Shown: one piece after another, positions 48,831 to 57,678 of the stretch
How positions within the stretch are numbered: the stretch's first letter is position 1
Layout: each line of letters begins with the position of its first letter
Source: an uncultured Pseudomonadales bacterium
GTDB lineage: Bacteria; Patescibacteriota; Microgenomatia; UBA1400; CAYXSR01
Reading direction: 5' to 3'
NCBI GenBank assembly: GCA_964430265.1
Contig: CAYSEI010000002.1
Coordinates: 141,209-205,208, forward strand
Length of the DNA: 64,000 nt
The notes under the pieces: generated by a model
Seen by the model: only the letters and a program-made list of their open reading frames with translations
Database searches by the model: none
Told to the model about the DNA's origin: nothing
Translations under genes and position numbers: made by a program

Positions 48831-50035
48831 AAAAAAGAAAATTTTTAACCGTTTTAGGTTTTTTGGGTCTATATATACTTTCAACCGGTATTTCCTGGGC
48901 AGCATTTAACTATTTTAACAATAATTCCGGAAGTAAAGGAAAAACAGAAATTTCTTCACCATTACCGGATGAAAAAGATGGAGATACACTAATTGATACT
49001 TCTGCTCCTAAAACAGAAGTTTGTATGTTAAACGGAGAAAAGTTTACTAAAGCAGCAAAAGAGCGTTGGCTGGAAAGAAGACCACTTACCGTAATGATAG
49101 AAAATCATGAAGAATCTCGTCCGCAATCTGGATTATCTTCTGCTGATATTGTTTATGAAGCGGTTGCAGAAGGAGGAGTTACCCGTTTTATGGGAGTATT
49201 TTACTGCCGTGCACAAGCTAAAGAAACAATTCTTGGGCCTGTACGCAGTGCCAGAACATACTTTTTGGACTGGGCGTCTGAGTACGGAGGAAATCCTCTT
49301 TATACTCATGTTGGTGGTGCTCACTGTGATCCAGAAACCGGTCACGGATGTTTAAATGGAGCTAAAGCAGATGCATTAGGACAAATCGTTGATTACGGAT
49401 GGTCTGGAGAAAATGATCTTAATCAATTTTCAATTGGTTATCCCACTTTTTGGAGAGACTATGAGAGATTAGGAAGGACAGTGGCAACAGAACATACAAT
49501 GTATTCAACCACAGAGCGGTTGTGGGCAGAAGCTAAAAATAGAGAATGGAATTACCAGAATCCTGAAGGTGAAGCATGGGAAAACTATTTTGTTCCTTGG
49601 AAATTTACCGATTCCACAATAGGTGAAGAAGAAGCAAATTTAATAGAATTTCCTTTTTGGGAAGGATATCAAGAATACTCAGTTAAGTGGGAATATGAAC
49701 CTGAGAGCGGTTTGTACAAAAGGTTTAATGGTGGAGAGCCGCACATGGATAAAAACACTGATCAACAGCTTAAAACAAAAAATATTGCAGTTTTATTTAT
49801 GAGAGAGTCAAGTGCAAATGATGGTTATCCCAACAATGTACACTTATTATATGATAATATAGGAGATGGAGAAGCTTTAGTATTTCAAGAAGGAAAAGTG
49901 ATTGAAGGAGAATGGCAAAAGGACTCACGTTTGGACAGAACTAAGATATTCAATTCTAGCGGTGAAGAAATAGAATTTGTACCAGGCCAAATCTGGCTTG
50001 AAATCCTGCCCCTGGGAACAGAAGTCTCTTATTAA
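48827..50035 (+). CDS. DUF3048 (YerB-like) secreted/lipoprotein
   Basis: Signal peptide; RPLTVMIENHEESRPQSGL..DIVYEA typical of DUF3048. Confidence 0.6.
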   Translation: MKKRKFLTVLGFLGLYILSTGISWAAFNYFNNNSGSKGKTEISSPLPDEKDGDTLIDTSAPKTEVCMLNGEKFTKAAKERWLERRPLTVMIENHEESRPQSGLSSADIVYEAVAEGGVTRFMGVFYCRAQAKETILGPVRSARTYFLDWASEYGGNPLYTHVGGAHCDPETGHGCLNGAKADALGQIVDYGWSGENDLNQFSIGYPTFWRDYERLGRTVATEHTMYSTTERLWAEAKNREWNYQNPEGEAWENYFVPWKFTDSTIGEEEANLIEFPFWEGYQEYSVKWEYEPESGLYKRFNGGEPHMDKNTDQQLKTKNIAVLFMRESSANDGYPNNVHLLYDNIGDGEALVFQEGKVIEGEWQKDSRLDRTKIFNSSGEEIEFVPGQIWLEILPLGTEVSY

Positions 50036-50049
50036 TTTAAATAAATTAA

Positions 50050-50631
50050 ATGGCAAAATTAAAAGACTTTATGATTTCCCGAGTGAGGGTAAAGGTCTTA
50101 CAAGCATTTTTATCCAACCCCGGTGAAATGTATTATGTACGCCAGTTGGTAAGGAAAACCAAAGAAGAAATCAATGCTGTCAGAAGAGAGCTTAAACGCA
50201 TGGAGAAAAGAGGCATGGCTAAAAGAGAAGATAGAGCTAACCGCGCATATTATACTTTCAACACCAATTATCAGTTTTATCCGGAATTGGTACATTTAGT
50301 TGCTAAAACAACAGGTCTTGGAAAAGCAATAATTGAGAACCAAAATAAGATGGGTAGAATCAAATATGCAATGCTGAGCGGACATTTTGTCAAAAGAAAA
50401 CCCCACAAACAAACAGAAGTAGATATGCTAATTGTTGGAGACATTGTTCTCCCACAAGTTGCATTGGTGGTTAAAAATGCTGAATCTGAAATAGAAAGAG
50501 AAATTAATTATACTGCAATGGAAGAAGAGGAATTTGAGTTTAGGAAAAGGAGAAAAGATCCCTTTATACAAAGGGTGCTTTTTTCAAGCAGGGTTATGTT
50601 GATTGGTGATGAAGAGAAAATGTTAGAATAA
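50050..50631 (+). CDS. Hypothetical protein with an N-terminal winged-helix-like region
   Basis: 193 aa, no confident family. Confidence 0.4.
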   Translation: MAKLKDFMISRVRVKVLQAFLSNPGEMYYVRQLVRKTKEEINAVRRELKRMEKRGMAKREDRANRAYYTFNTNYQFYPELVHLVAKTTGLGKAIIENQNKMGRIKYAMLSGHFVKRKPHKQTEVDMLIVGDIVLPQVALVVKNAESEIEREINYTAMEEEEFEFRKRRKDPFIQRVLFSSRVMLIGDEEKMLE

Positions 50632-50635
50632 ATAC

Positions 50636-50833
50636 ATGAAACAGAAAGTAATAAAAGTCGGGAACAGTATCGGAGTTACTGTGCCTTCAAGTTTTGTTAA
50701 AGGCGTTGGGATTAAGGTGGGAGATTCTGTGGATGTAAGGACAAAAGTAGTTACTGGAGAAATTATCTACAAATTTTCCGGTGCTCAACAATTACCATTG
50801 TCCTCAGAACTGAAGGAAAAAGAAACGGCTTAA
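50636..50833 (+). CDS. AbrB/MazE/SpoVT-type swapped-hairpin DNA-binding domain protein
   Basis: 65 aa, KVGNSIGVTVPSSFVK..GIKVGDSVDV. Confidence 0.55.
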   Translation: MKQKVIKVGNSIGVTVPSSFVKGVGIKVGDSVDVRTKVVTGEIIYKFSGAQQLPLSSELKEKETA

Positions 50834-50839
50834 TAAATA

Positions 50840-52204
50840 ATGAGACAAAAAAGATCAAGAAAAATACTATTACTGGTTGTTTTTTTACTGGGACTGACAA
50901 TTTTAATAGACTTGCCTAAGAACTTACAGATTAAAATAAACAAAGGACCAATAAAAATAGACACCAAAATCTCCTCCCCGGAAATTAATTTTCAGTTAGG
51001 TGATTTCAAATTCCAAAGAGATTTAACAGTAAAAAAAGGTTTGGACTTACAAGGTGGAACCCATTTAGTTTTGGAAGCGGACATGAATAATATAAGCGAA
51101 GAAAACCGTGAACAAGCTTTAGCTTCGGCAAGAGATGTTATTAACAGAAGGGTAGATTTATGGGGAGTGTCAGAAGCAAATATTCAAACAGCTAAGACAG
51201 AAGATAAATACAGGATAATTGTTGAGATGCCGGGAATAGAAAATGTTGACCAAGCAATTGACTTGATAGGTAAAACTGCTCAACTGCAGTTTAAGAAACC
51301 ACCGGAAGAAGACAAAGAGTCAACTGCTTCAGCAGCTGCACAAATATTTAATTTTCAGGAAACTCAACTGACTGGATCAGATTTAAAAAAAGCTGAAGTG
51401 CAATTCAACCCACAGACGGGTGAACCAGTAGTTGGTTTATCTTTTAATTCAGAAGGAACCAAAGAATTTGCCGAATTAACAAAAAACCACCAAGGAGAAA
51501 GAATAGCAATTTTTCTTGACCAAGCTCCTTTGATGGCGCCGGTAGTTAATGAACCCATCTTGGATGGGAAAGCAATGATATCCGGAAATTTTGATGTTAA
51601 ACAAGCAAAGCAATTGGCAATCCAACTTAATGCAGGAGCTCTTCCGGTTCCTTTGGAAGTTATACAGCAAAAAACAATTGGAGCTACATTGGGTGACCAG
51701 GCAGTGCAAAGAAGTGTATATGCAGGAATCCTAGGGTTGGCAATTGTTGGTCTATTTATGATTTCTTTATATGGACTACCCGGGTTTCTTGCAGATATCG
51801 GTTTAATAATTTATGGACTGATAAGCCTGGCTATATACAAATTAGTACCAATTACCCTTACTTTACCCGGAATTACAGGGTTTATTTTATCAGTGGGGAT
51901 GGCGGTAGACTCCAACATCCTAATTTTTGAAAGAATGAAGGAAGAATTAAGAATGGGTAAACCTTTTAATACTGGATTGGAATTAGGTTTTGGCCGTGCT
52001 TGGGATTCTATAAAAGACGCAAATGTATGTACATTAATTACCTGCTTTGTACTTTTAAACCCCTTTAATTGGACTTTTTTAAATACTTCAGGGGTAGTCA
52101 GAGGATTTGCAGTTACTTTGGGATTAGGGTTATTTATTAGTTTATTTACAGGAATAGTAGTGACCAGAACATTGTTAAGGGTTTTTTATAAGGAGAAAAA
52201 ATGA
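50840..52204 (+). CDS. secD: Protein translocase subunit SecD
   Basis: 454 aa, N-terminal TM, periplasmic domain, C-terminal 5-TM bundle (GFILSVGMAVDSNILIFERMKEE). Confidence 0.9.
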   Translation: MRQKRSRKILLLVVFLLGLTILIDLPKNLQIKINKGPIKIDTKISSPEINFQLGDFKFQRDLTVKKGLDLQGGTHLVLEADMNNISEENREQALASARDVINRRVDLWGVSEANIQTAKTEDKYRIIVEMPGIENVDQAIDLIGKTAQLQFKKPPEEDKESTASAAAQIFNFQETQLTGSDLKKAEVQFNPQTGEPVVGLSFNSEGTKEFAELTKNHQGERIAIFLDQAPLMAPVVNEPILDGKAMISGNFDVKQAKQLAIQLNAGALPVPLEVIQQKTIGATLGDQAVQRSVYAGILGLAIVGLFMISLYGLPGFLADIGLIIYGLISLAIYKLVPITLTLPGITGFILSVGMAVDSNILIFERMKEELRMGKPFNTGLELGFGRAWDSIKDANVCTLITCFVLLNPFNWTFLNTSGVVRGFAVTLGLGLFISLFTGIVVTRTLLRVFYKEKK

Positions 52205-53079
52205 ATTTTGTAAAGTTTAGATGGCTATATTTTGCAATTTCACTGATTTTGCTGGTTTCCAGCATTTTCTCTCTTGCAAACTGGGGTTTAAAACCGGCAA
52301 TTGATTTTACTGGCGGCAGTATTTTGGAAATCAAATTTGAAAAACAAAATGTCCAAGAAAAAGTAAGAGAAATAGTCCAAGAAAATCAGGACATTGAACT
52401 AGACTCTTTACAAAAATCAGATGACAACACTTATTTGCTTCGAATGAAAACAATTAACAAAGATAAGAAAAATACACTTATAAAAAGTTTTGAAGAACAA
52501 ATTGGTCAAAATGAGGAAGTTCGCTTTATTACGGTTGGTCCTAGTATAGGTAGGGAATTAATCAGAAAAACAATTTTTGCAGTAATCTTGGCGGCCGGAT
52601 TTATTATGCTTTATGTTGCACTGCGTTTTAAAGACAAAAAATTCGGAGTATGTGCAATTCTGGCAATGTTTCACGACTCCCTGATTTTAATAGGAACGTT
52701 TGCATTTATGGGAGGTTTTTTTGGAGTTGAGGTAGATACATTGTTTGTTACCGCAGTCTTAACAACTCTTTCCTTATCAGTCCATGATACTGTTGTTGTT
52801 TATGATCGCGTCAGGGAGGCAAAAAAGCTTTTTGCTAGAGCAAGTTTAAAAGAACTGGTAAATAAAGCAATTGCTGAAACATTAAACCGCTCAATTATTA
52901 ACTCTTTAACCATTATCTTTATGCTGCTTTCTCTTTGGCTTTTTGGTGGTGAAACAATTCAGTGGTTTGTGTTTGCCCTTTTAGTGGGAACAATCCTGGG
53001 AACGTATTCTTCTACCTTTATAGCAGCGCCATTGCTTGTTTTGTGGGAAAATATAAAAAACAAAAAAAATAACAATTAA
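52201..53079 (+). CDS. secF: Protein translocase subunit SecF
   Basis: DFTGGS motif, 6 TM; coupled to secD. Confidence 0.9.
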   Translation: MNFVKFRWLYFAISLILLVSSIFSLANWGLKPAIDFTGGSILEIKFEKQNVQEKVREIVQENQDIELDSLQKSDDNTYLLRMKTINKDKKNTLIKSFEEQIGQNEEVRFITVGPSIGRELIRKTIFAVILAAGFIMLYVALRFKDKKFGVCAILAMFHDSLILIGTFAFMGGFFGVEVDTLFVTAVLTTLSLSVHDTVVVYDRVREAKKLFARASLKELVNKAIAETLNRSIINSLTIIFMLLSLWLFGGETIQWFVFALLVGTILGTYSSTFIAAPLLVLWENIKNKKNNN

Positions 53080-54479
53080 TCTTTTTTTAATTCTTTTGCA
53101 ATTTCCTTTATTCTGTTAACCAGATCTTTACGATTGTTTTTTGAAGCATCCTCCATTACCTCTTTAAAAAGCTTTTCCAAAACTTTACCAACAATAGGTC
53201 CGGGATCAATATCCAGAATTTCTGCAACATCATTACCATCTACTTTAAGGTCTTTAATCTCCATAGGAGTATACATTAACTTACCCACTCTTTCTTGTAG
53301 TTCTCTAAGCCTCCAGGAGGTTGCTTTACTACCTCCTCCGCGTCGGTCACCAATACGAAGCATCATCATCTTATTAATATTTTCTTTTCCGACTCGTTTG
53401 ATAAAGCGTCTTATGGCAGCGTCTGTCATTTCTGGATTATAGGAAAACATATGAAAGCGGACCAATTTATATAAAAGCTCTTTTTGTTCATTACTCAGTT
53501 TGAAACGCTCAGCAATTTTTTTGGCAATTCTTCCTCCAACTACCTCATGATTATAAAAGGTTATTTCTTCACCTATTTTTCTAAATGTCGGCGGTTTACC
53601 GACATCATGTAAAAGTGTAGCAAATAAAACAATCGGATCATTTGAAGGACAGCCGTCTAGTCCGTCCAATGTGTGATTCCAAACGTCTTTAGTATGGTGT
53701 CCGCTCTGCTCAACTCCTTTCATTGCCAAAAGTTCAGGCAGAAAATGACTTAAGAGATTAGCAGAATGCAATAAACGGATTCCGTCACCCGGGTAATCGG
53801 ATTTTAATATTTTAAAAAATTCATCCCTGATTCTTTCCATGCTGATTTTATTAATCAAATCAGCGTTATTTTTTATTGCATCTAAGGTTTCTTCTTCAAT
53901 TGTAAAGCCAAGCTCTGCTGCAATGCGGATTGCACGCATCATTCTTAAAGCATCTTCGGAAAAACGCTTGTCAGGATCTCCGACTGCACGGATTAACCTT
54001 TTTTCCAGATCTTCTTGTCCGTTAAAAGGATCAACAATTTCTGTTTTTTTATTAGATTTTAATGCCATAGCATTAATAGTAAAATCTCGTCTTTTTAAAT
54101 CCTCTTCTAAAGTTTTACCCCACTTAACGTTATCCGGTCTTCTAAAATCGGAATACTCAGATTCGCTTCTGAATGTGGTTATTTCAAAAACATCCTCTGG
54201 GTTAATACCTTCTTCTTTCCAATTGTATTTTTCAATACCAAACTGTTCAGTCAATTCTTCACCAGTAATTCCTACGGTGCCAAATTGATTAGTGTAAAAA
54301 CTTTCAGGGAACAACTTTTGAATTTCTTCAGGTATCGCATCAGTTGTAAAATCCCAGTCATAAGTAGGTTTGCCAAGTAAAATATCCCTGATTGCACCAC
54401 CGACAACATATGCCTCAAAACCGGCTTCTTCAAGTGTTTGCAAAACATTATTAACTAGTGTTGGGATTTTAAGTTTCAT
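53076..54479 (-). CDS. cca: CCA-adding tRNA nucleotidyltransferase with HD domain
   Basis: GGAIRD..DWDF head domain, RRDFTINA, HD domain LHDVGK. Confidence 0.85.
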   Translation of the reverse strand: MKLKIPTLVNNVLQTLEEAGFEAYVVGGAIRDILLGKPTYDWDFTTDAIPEEIQKLFPESFYTNQFGTVGITGEELTEQFGIEKYNWKEEGINPEDVFEITTFRSESEYSDFRRPDNVKWGKTLEEDLKRRDFTINAMALKSNKKTEIVDPFNGQEDLEKRLIRAVGDPDKRFSEDALRMMRAIRIAAELGFTIEEETLDAIKNNADLINKISMERIRDEFFKILKSDYPGDGIRLLHSANLLSHFLPELLAMKGVEQSGHHTKDVWNHTLDGLDGCPSNDPIVLFATLLHDVGKPPTFRKIGEEITFYNHEVVGGRIAKKIAERFKLSNEQKELLYKLVRFHMFSYNPEMTDAAIRRFIKRVGKENINKMMMLRIGDRRGGGSKATSWRLRELQERVGKLMYTPMEIKDLKVDGNDVAEILDIDPGPIVGKVLEKLFKEVMEDASKNNRKDLVNRIKEIAKELKKD

Positions 54480-54525
54480 AGTGTAAGATAGTTAAATGTA
54501 AACAACATTATAATTATATCAGAAC

Positions 54526-56235
54526 ATGAAAAAATATTGGGAAATTAAACACAAAATAGCAGAAGAAATTCAAGATCCGGAAAAAAGAATAGAAAAAATT
54601 ATTCAAAACCTTCTTAAAAGTAGGGGGTTAAAAAAAGAGGAAAAAGAAAAATTCTTTAAGCCTCAGCATCCTCAGGATATTGATCTTAATGAGCTTAAAA
54701 TTCTTAAGAAAGAAGTAAAAAAAGCGATCAAAAGAATAAAAAAAGCAATTAAAAACAAAGAAAAAATTCTTGTATACGGAGATTATGATGCAGACGGTAT
54801 CTGTGCTTCAGCAATTCTTTGGGAAACCTTGGATGTTTTAGGAGCAGATGCTTTGCCTTTTATGCCTTTAAGGGAAGAGCATGGATATGGAATAAACCAA
54901 AAAGGGATTAAAGACCTTTTAAAAAAACATCCCCGATGTAAACTGATTATTACAGTTGATAATGGTATTGTTGCTCACGAAGGAATAGAGTTTGCTAAGA
55001 AAAAAGGTATTGATGTAATTATTACCGACCACCACCAAAAAGAAGAAAAACTGCCTGAGGCAGAGGCAATTGTTTGGTCAGACGAGATAGCTGGTGCTGG
55101 GGTTGCTTGGTTTTTTGTCAGGGAAATAATAAAAGAATTAAAAAAAGAAGAAATAAAAGAGAAATTAAACTCCGAATTGCTGGCGTTTTCGGCAATCGGG
55201 ACTATAACCGATATGATGCCGCTTGTAGGCATCAACCGCTCTTTTGTAAAGTACGGTCTAAAGCAATTGAGTAAAATAGACAAAGAAGGACTTCAAGCTC
55301 TATATGAAGAAGCAGGAATTAGAGAAAAAGAAATTAGCACCTATGAAGTCGGCTTCATTATTGGACCCCGGATGAATGCAATGGGCAGACTTGATGATGC
55401 TTTGGAAGCGCTCAGGCTTTTATGTACTAAAGACTGCAAAAGAGCAAGAAATCTTGCTAATATTTTGGGAAAAACCAATCGTGAAAGGCAGGATTTAACA
55501 CAGCAAACATATATTCATGCTCAAAGCATGGCAGGAGAAGTTAAACAAGAAAAAATTCTTTTAATCGGTGATGCTTCTTATGATCCGGGAATTATTGGTT
55601 TAGTTGCCAGCAAGCTTTCCCGCAGATTTTACAAACCATCCTTGGTTTACAGTAGAGGAGAGGAGCTTACCCGAATTTCTGCACGTTCAGTAAAAGGATT
55701 TAATATTATTGAATCTCTTAGAGGGTTCTCTGACTTGTTTGAAGATTTAGGTGGTCATCCGATGGCAGCGGGAATGGCAATTAAAACAGAGAATCTAGGT
55801 AAATTAGAACAAGAACTGAAAAAACTAGCTGAAGAAAAAATTACAAAAGAAATGCTTAAGCCGATTTTAGAAATAGAATGTGAAATCAAATTAAGTGATA
55901 TTTCTTGGAATTTTTATAATGAATTGGAACAGTTTTCGCCTTTTGGGTACGGCAATCCCAATCCCGTGTTTATGATACCTAATTTAAGAATTTTGGAAAT
56001 CCGTAAAGTTGGTAGCAACGGTAATCATTTAAAAATAAAATTTGACGATCCAAAAACTCCAGAAATTGAAGATACGGTTGGTTGGATTGATGCAATCGGA
56101 TTTAATCAAGGCTTCTGGGATGAAAAAGTAAACGCAGGAGACAATGTAGATGTTGCTTTTCAATTGGATAAAAATACTTGGAACGGAAATACTTCTTTAC
56201 AAATGAAAATTAAGGAGATAAGGATTCCTGCTTGA
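54526..56235 (+). CDS. recJ: Single-stranded-DNA-specific exonuclease RecJ
   Basis: DHH motifs (YGDYDADGI, ITDHH), DHHA1 region (GGHPMAAG), C-terminal OB. Confidence 0.9.
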   Translation: MKKYWEIKHKIAEEIQDPEKRIEKIIQNLLKSRGLKKEEKEKFFKPQHPQDIDLNELKILKKEVKKAIKRIKKAIKNKEKILVYGDYDADGICASAILWETLDVLGADALPFMPLREEHGYGINQKGIKDLLKKHPRCKLIITVDNGIVAHEGIEFAKKKGIDVIITDHHQKEEKLPEAEAIVWSDEIAGAGVAWFFVREIIKELKKEEIKEKLNSELLAFSAIGTITDMMPLVGINRSFVKYGLKQLSKIDKEGLQALYEEAGIREKEISTYEVGFIIGPRMNAMGRLDDALEALRLLCTKDCKRARNLANILGKTNRERQDLTQQTYIHAQSMAGEVKQEKILLIGDASYDPGIIGLVASKLSRRFYKPSLVYSRGEELTRISARSVKGFNIIESLRGFSDLFEDLGGHPMAAGMAIKTENLGKLEQELKKLAEEKITKEMLKPILEIECEIKLSDISWNFYNELEQFSPFGYGNPNPVFMIPNLRILEIRKVGSNGNHLKIKFDDPKTPEIEDTVGWIDAIGFNQGFWDEKVNAGDNVDVAFQLDKNTWNGNTSLQMKIKEIRIPA

Positions 56236-56716
56236 GGCTAGCTATTTGCAGGATTGGAGGAAGATTTTTGCCAAAATTTTTGGTTACCCTCATTTGATTG
56301 GGAGCATCTGGAAAAGTAATTCCAAAATCATCAATCTTTATTGAATCTTCACCATTGATAATTTTTTTAGCTGAATCAAGAAAGGCATCAACACTAGAAA
56401 AATCATAGTCAGCACTTAATAAACTTTCTGCAACTTCAGAAGAAACCCCTAGTATATTATAGTTATCTTTGACTCGCTTTATTTGATTTTCAATCTCTTT
56501 TTTTTCAGTTTTTAAAGCACTTCTCAAAATTTGTTCAGTAACATCTTCAGAGGATATATCCAAACAAGAATAAAAAATCCCTGCCCAGACAAGTGCATTA
56601 GGATGTAGTTGTCTGGTTTTTTCAGCAATTTCTGCTCTTTCTAAATCAATTAGATCAAGATCTTTTTTTGGTGTTCTTGGAGGCATTCTTTCAATTAAAA
56701 CCATTCTGTCCTTCAA
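56210..56716 (-). CDS. Hypothetical protein (168 aa)
   Basis: Long ORF, no recognisable family. Confidence 0.4.
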   Translation of the reverse strand: MKDRMVLIERMPPRTPKKDLDLIDLERAEIAEKTRQLHPNALVWAGIFYSCLDISSEDVTEQILRSALKTEKKEIENQIKRVKDNYNILGVSSEVAESLLSADYDFSSVDAFLDSAKKIINGEDSIKIDDFGITFPDAPNQMRVTKNFGKNLPPILQIASLKQESLSP

Positions 56717-56751
56717 ATTTAAAAACCACCCTGTCCGGATGGTTTATTAAT

Positions 56752-56777
56752 ATTAGCTATGCATATACATAGCTAAT
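56752..56777. repeat. Perfect 10-bp inverted repeat ATTAGCTATG-CATATA-CATAGCTAAT between two minus-strand hypothetical genes
   Basis: Read directly. No T-tract follows it on either strand, so it is more likely an operator or RNA structure than a terminator. Confidence 0.3.
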
Positions 56778-56840
56778 AAGTATAATAGCATACAGGTATT
56801 TAAAATGTCAAGATATGCTTTGTATATTTAAAGTAATAAT

Positions 56841-57380
56841 TTAGGTTAATAATGGATGGCCGTCGCCACTTATTGGCAGTACGTTATGAACCAATAACGT
56901 TTGGCAGACTGCTTGTTTTTTGGGATCCAGTTTTAATAAACTAATTTCACCGGAAAAACAATCTATTAGTGCAAAAGCAATAGGTCTGGAAGGACTGGTA
57001 GCTAAATGCCCGGACATAACATGTTTATCAGAATCCCAATAAATTTTTGATACCCTCCGCATATCAGCATGTAAAGTTTTTCTTCCATCCTCGTTTTCGG
57101 TTCCAATATCTATTTGTAGTTCATTTCTTGATTCATCCAAAATAAAAAATGACGATAAAACTATATCCAAGCGCGGTCTTCTTTTTTCTATGGCAGTATT
57201 TTTGTTCATGTAGAAACTTAAAAATTCTCTGCTTCTTTGATCATTTTGCAGTTTATTTTGCCACAGCCGGATAATAGGATTTAATTTTGGTGACTGCCAT
57301 ACCAGAGGAAGGCGGTATGAAACTATTTCAGGCTGTTCTATTGTTGGTTCAAGATTTAATTTTTTTAGTTGTTCTTTCAT
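56841..57380 (-). CDS. Hypothetical protein (179 aa)
   Basis: Long ORF, no recognisable family. Confidence 0.4.
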   Translation of the reverse strand: MKEQLKKLNLEPTIEQPEIVSYRLPLVWQSPKLNPIIRLWQNKLQNDQRSREFLSFYMNKNTAIEKRRPRLDIVLSSFFILDESRNELQIDIGTENEDGRKTLHADMRRVSKIYWDSDKHVMSGHLATSPSRPIAFALIDCFSGEISLLKLDPKKQAVCQTLLVHNVLPISGDGHPLLT

Positions 57381-57430
57381 TATTTTAAATTAAAAAGCTG
57401 TTTATAAAATCTAAATCAATAAATTTTTAA

Positions 57431-57459
57431 ATAAAAAAACCTCCCGTTTTGGGAGGTTT
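57431..57459 (-). terminator. Intrinsic terminator oriented on the minus strand: 9-bp stem AAACCUCCC/GGGAGGUUU, loop, then UUUUUUU
   Basis: Read directly. On the minus strand a 7-T run follows the hairpin. No annotated gene ends here (see findings). Confidence 0.5.
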
Positions 57460-57678
57460 AAATTCTTTAAATATTTATAAGCTCTTACTTTTTAACAACC
57501 TCCCCTTCAGAGCTTAGGCTCCAAATAAGAAAGTTGTTAATAAAAATAAATTGGTTGTAAGAACTTTTATGTTGCATAACTAATACATAAAATACCAATA
57601 GTCAGTTCTCCTTGTCAAGAGGAAATATAAATAATAAAATAGGGAATTAGACTTACTTATTAATTTAAAAAGGTATCT

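Noticed and set aside
57460-57678. T-box riboswitch upstream of aspS, and similarly in 61062-61105 upstream of gltX
   Set aside because: The conserved T-box sequence (AAUUAGGGUGGnACCGCG) and specifier-loop architecture are absent. The gltX leader is only 44 nt.
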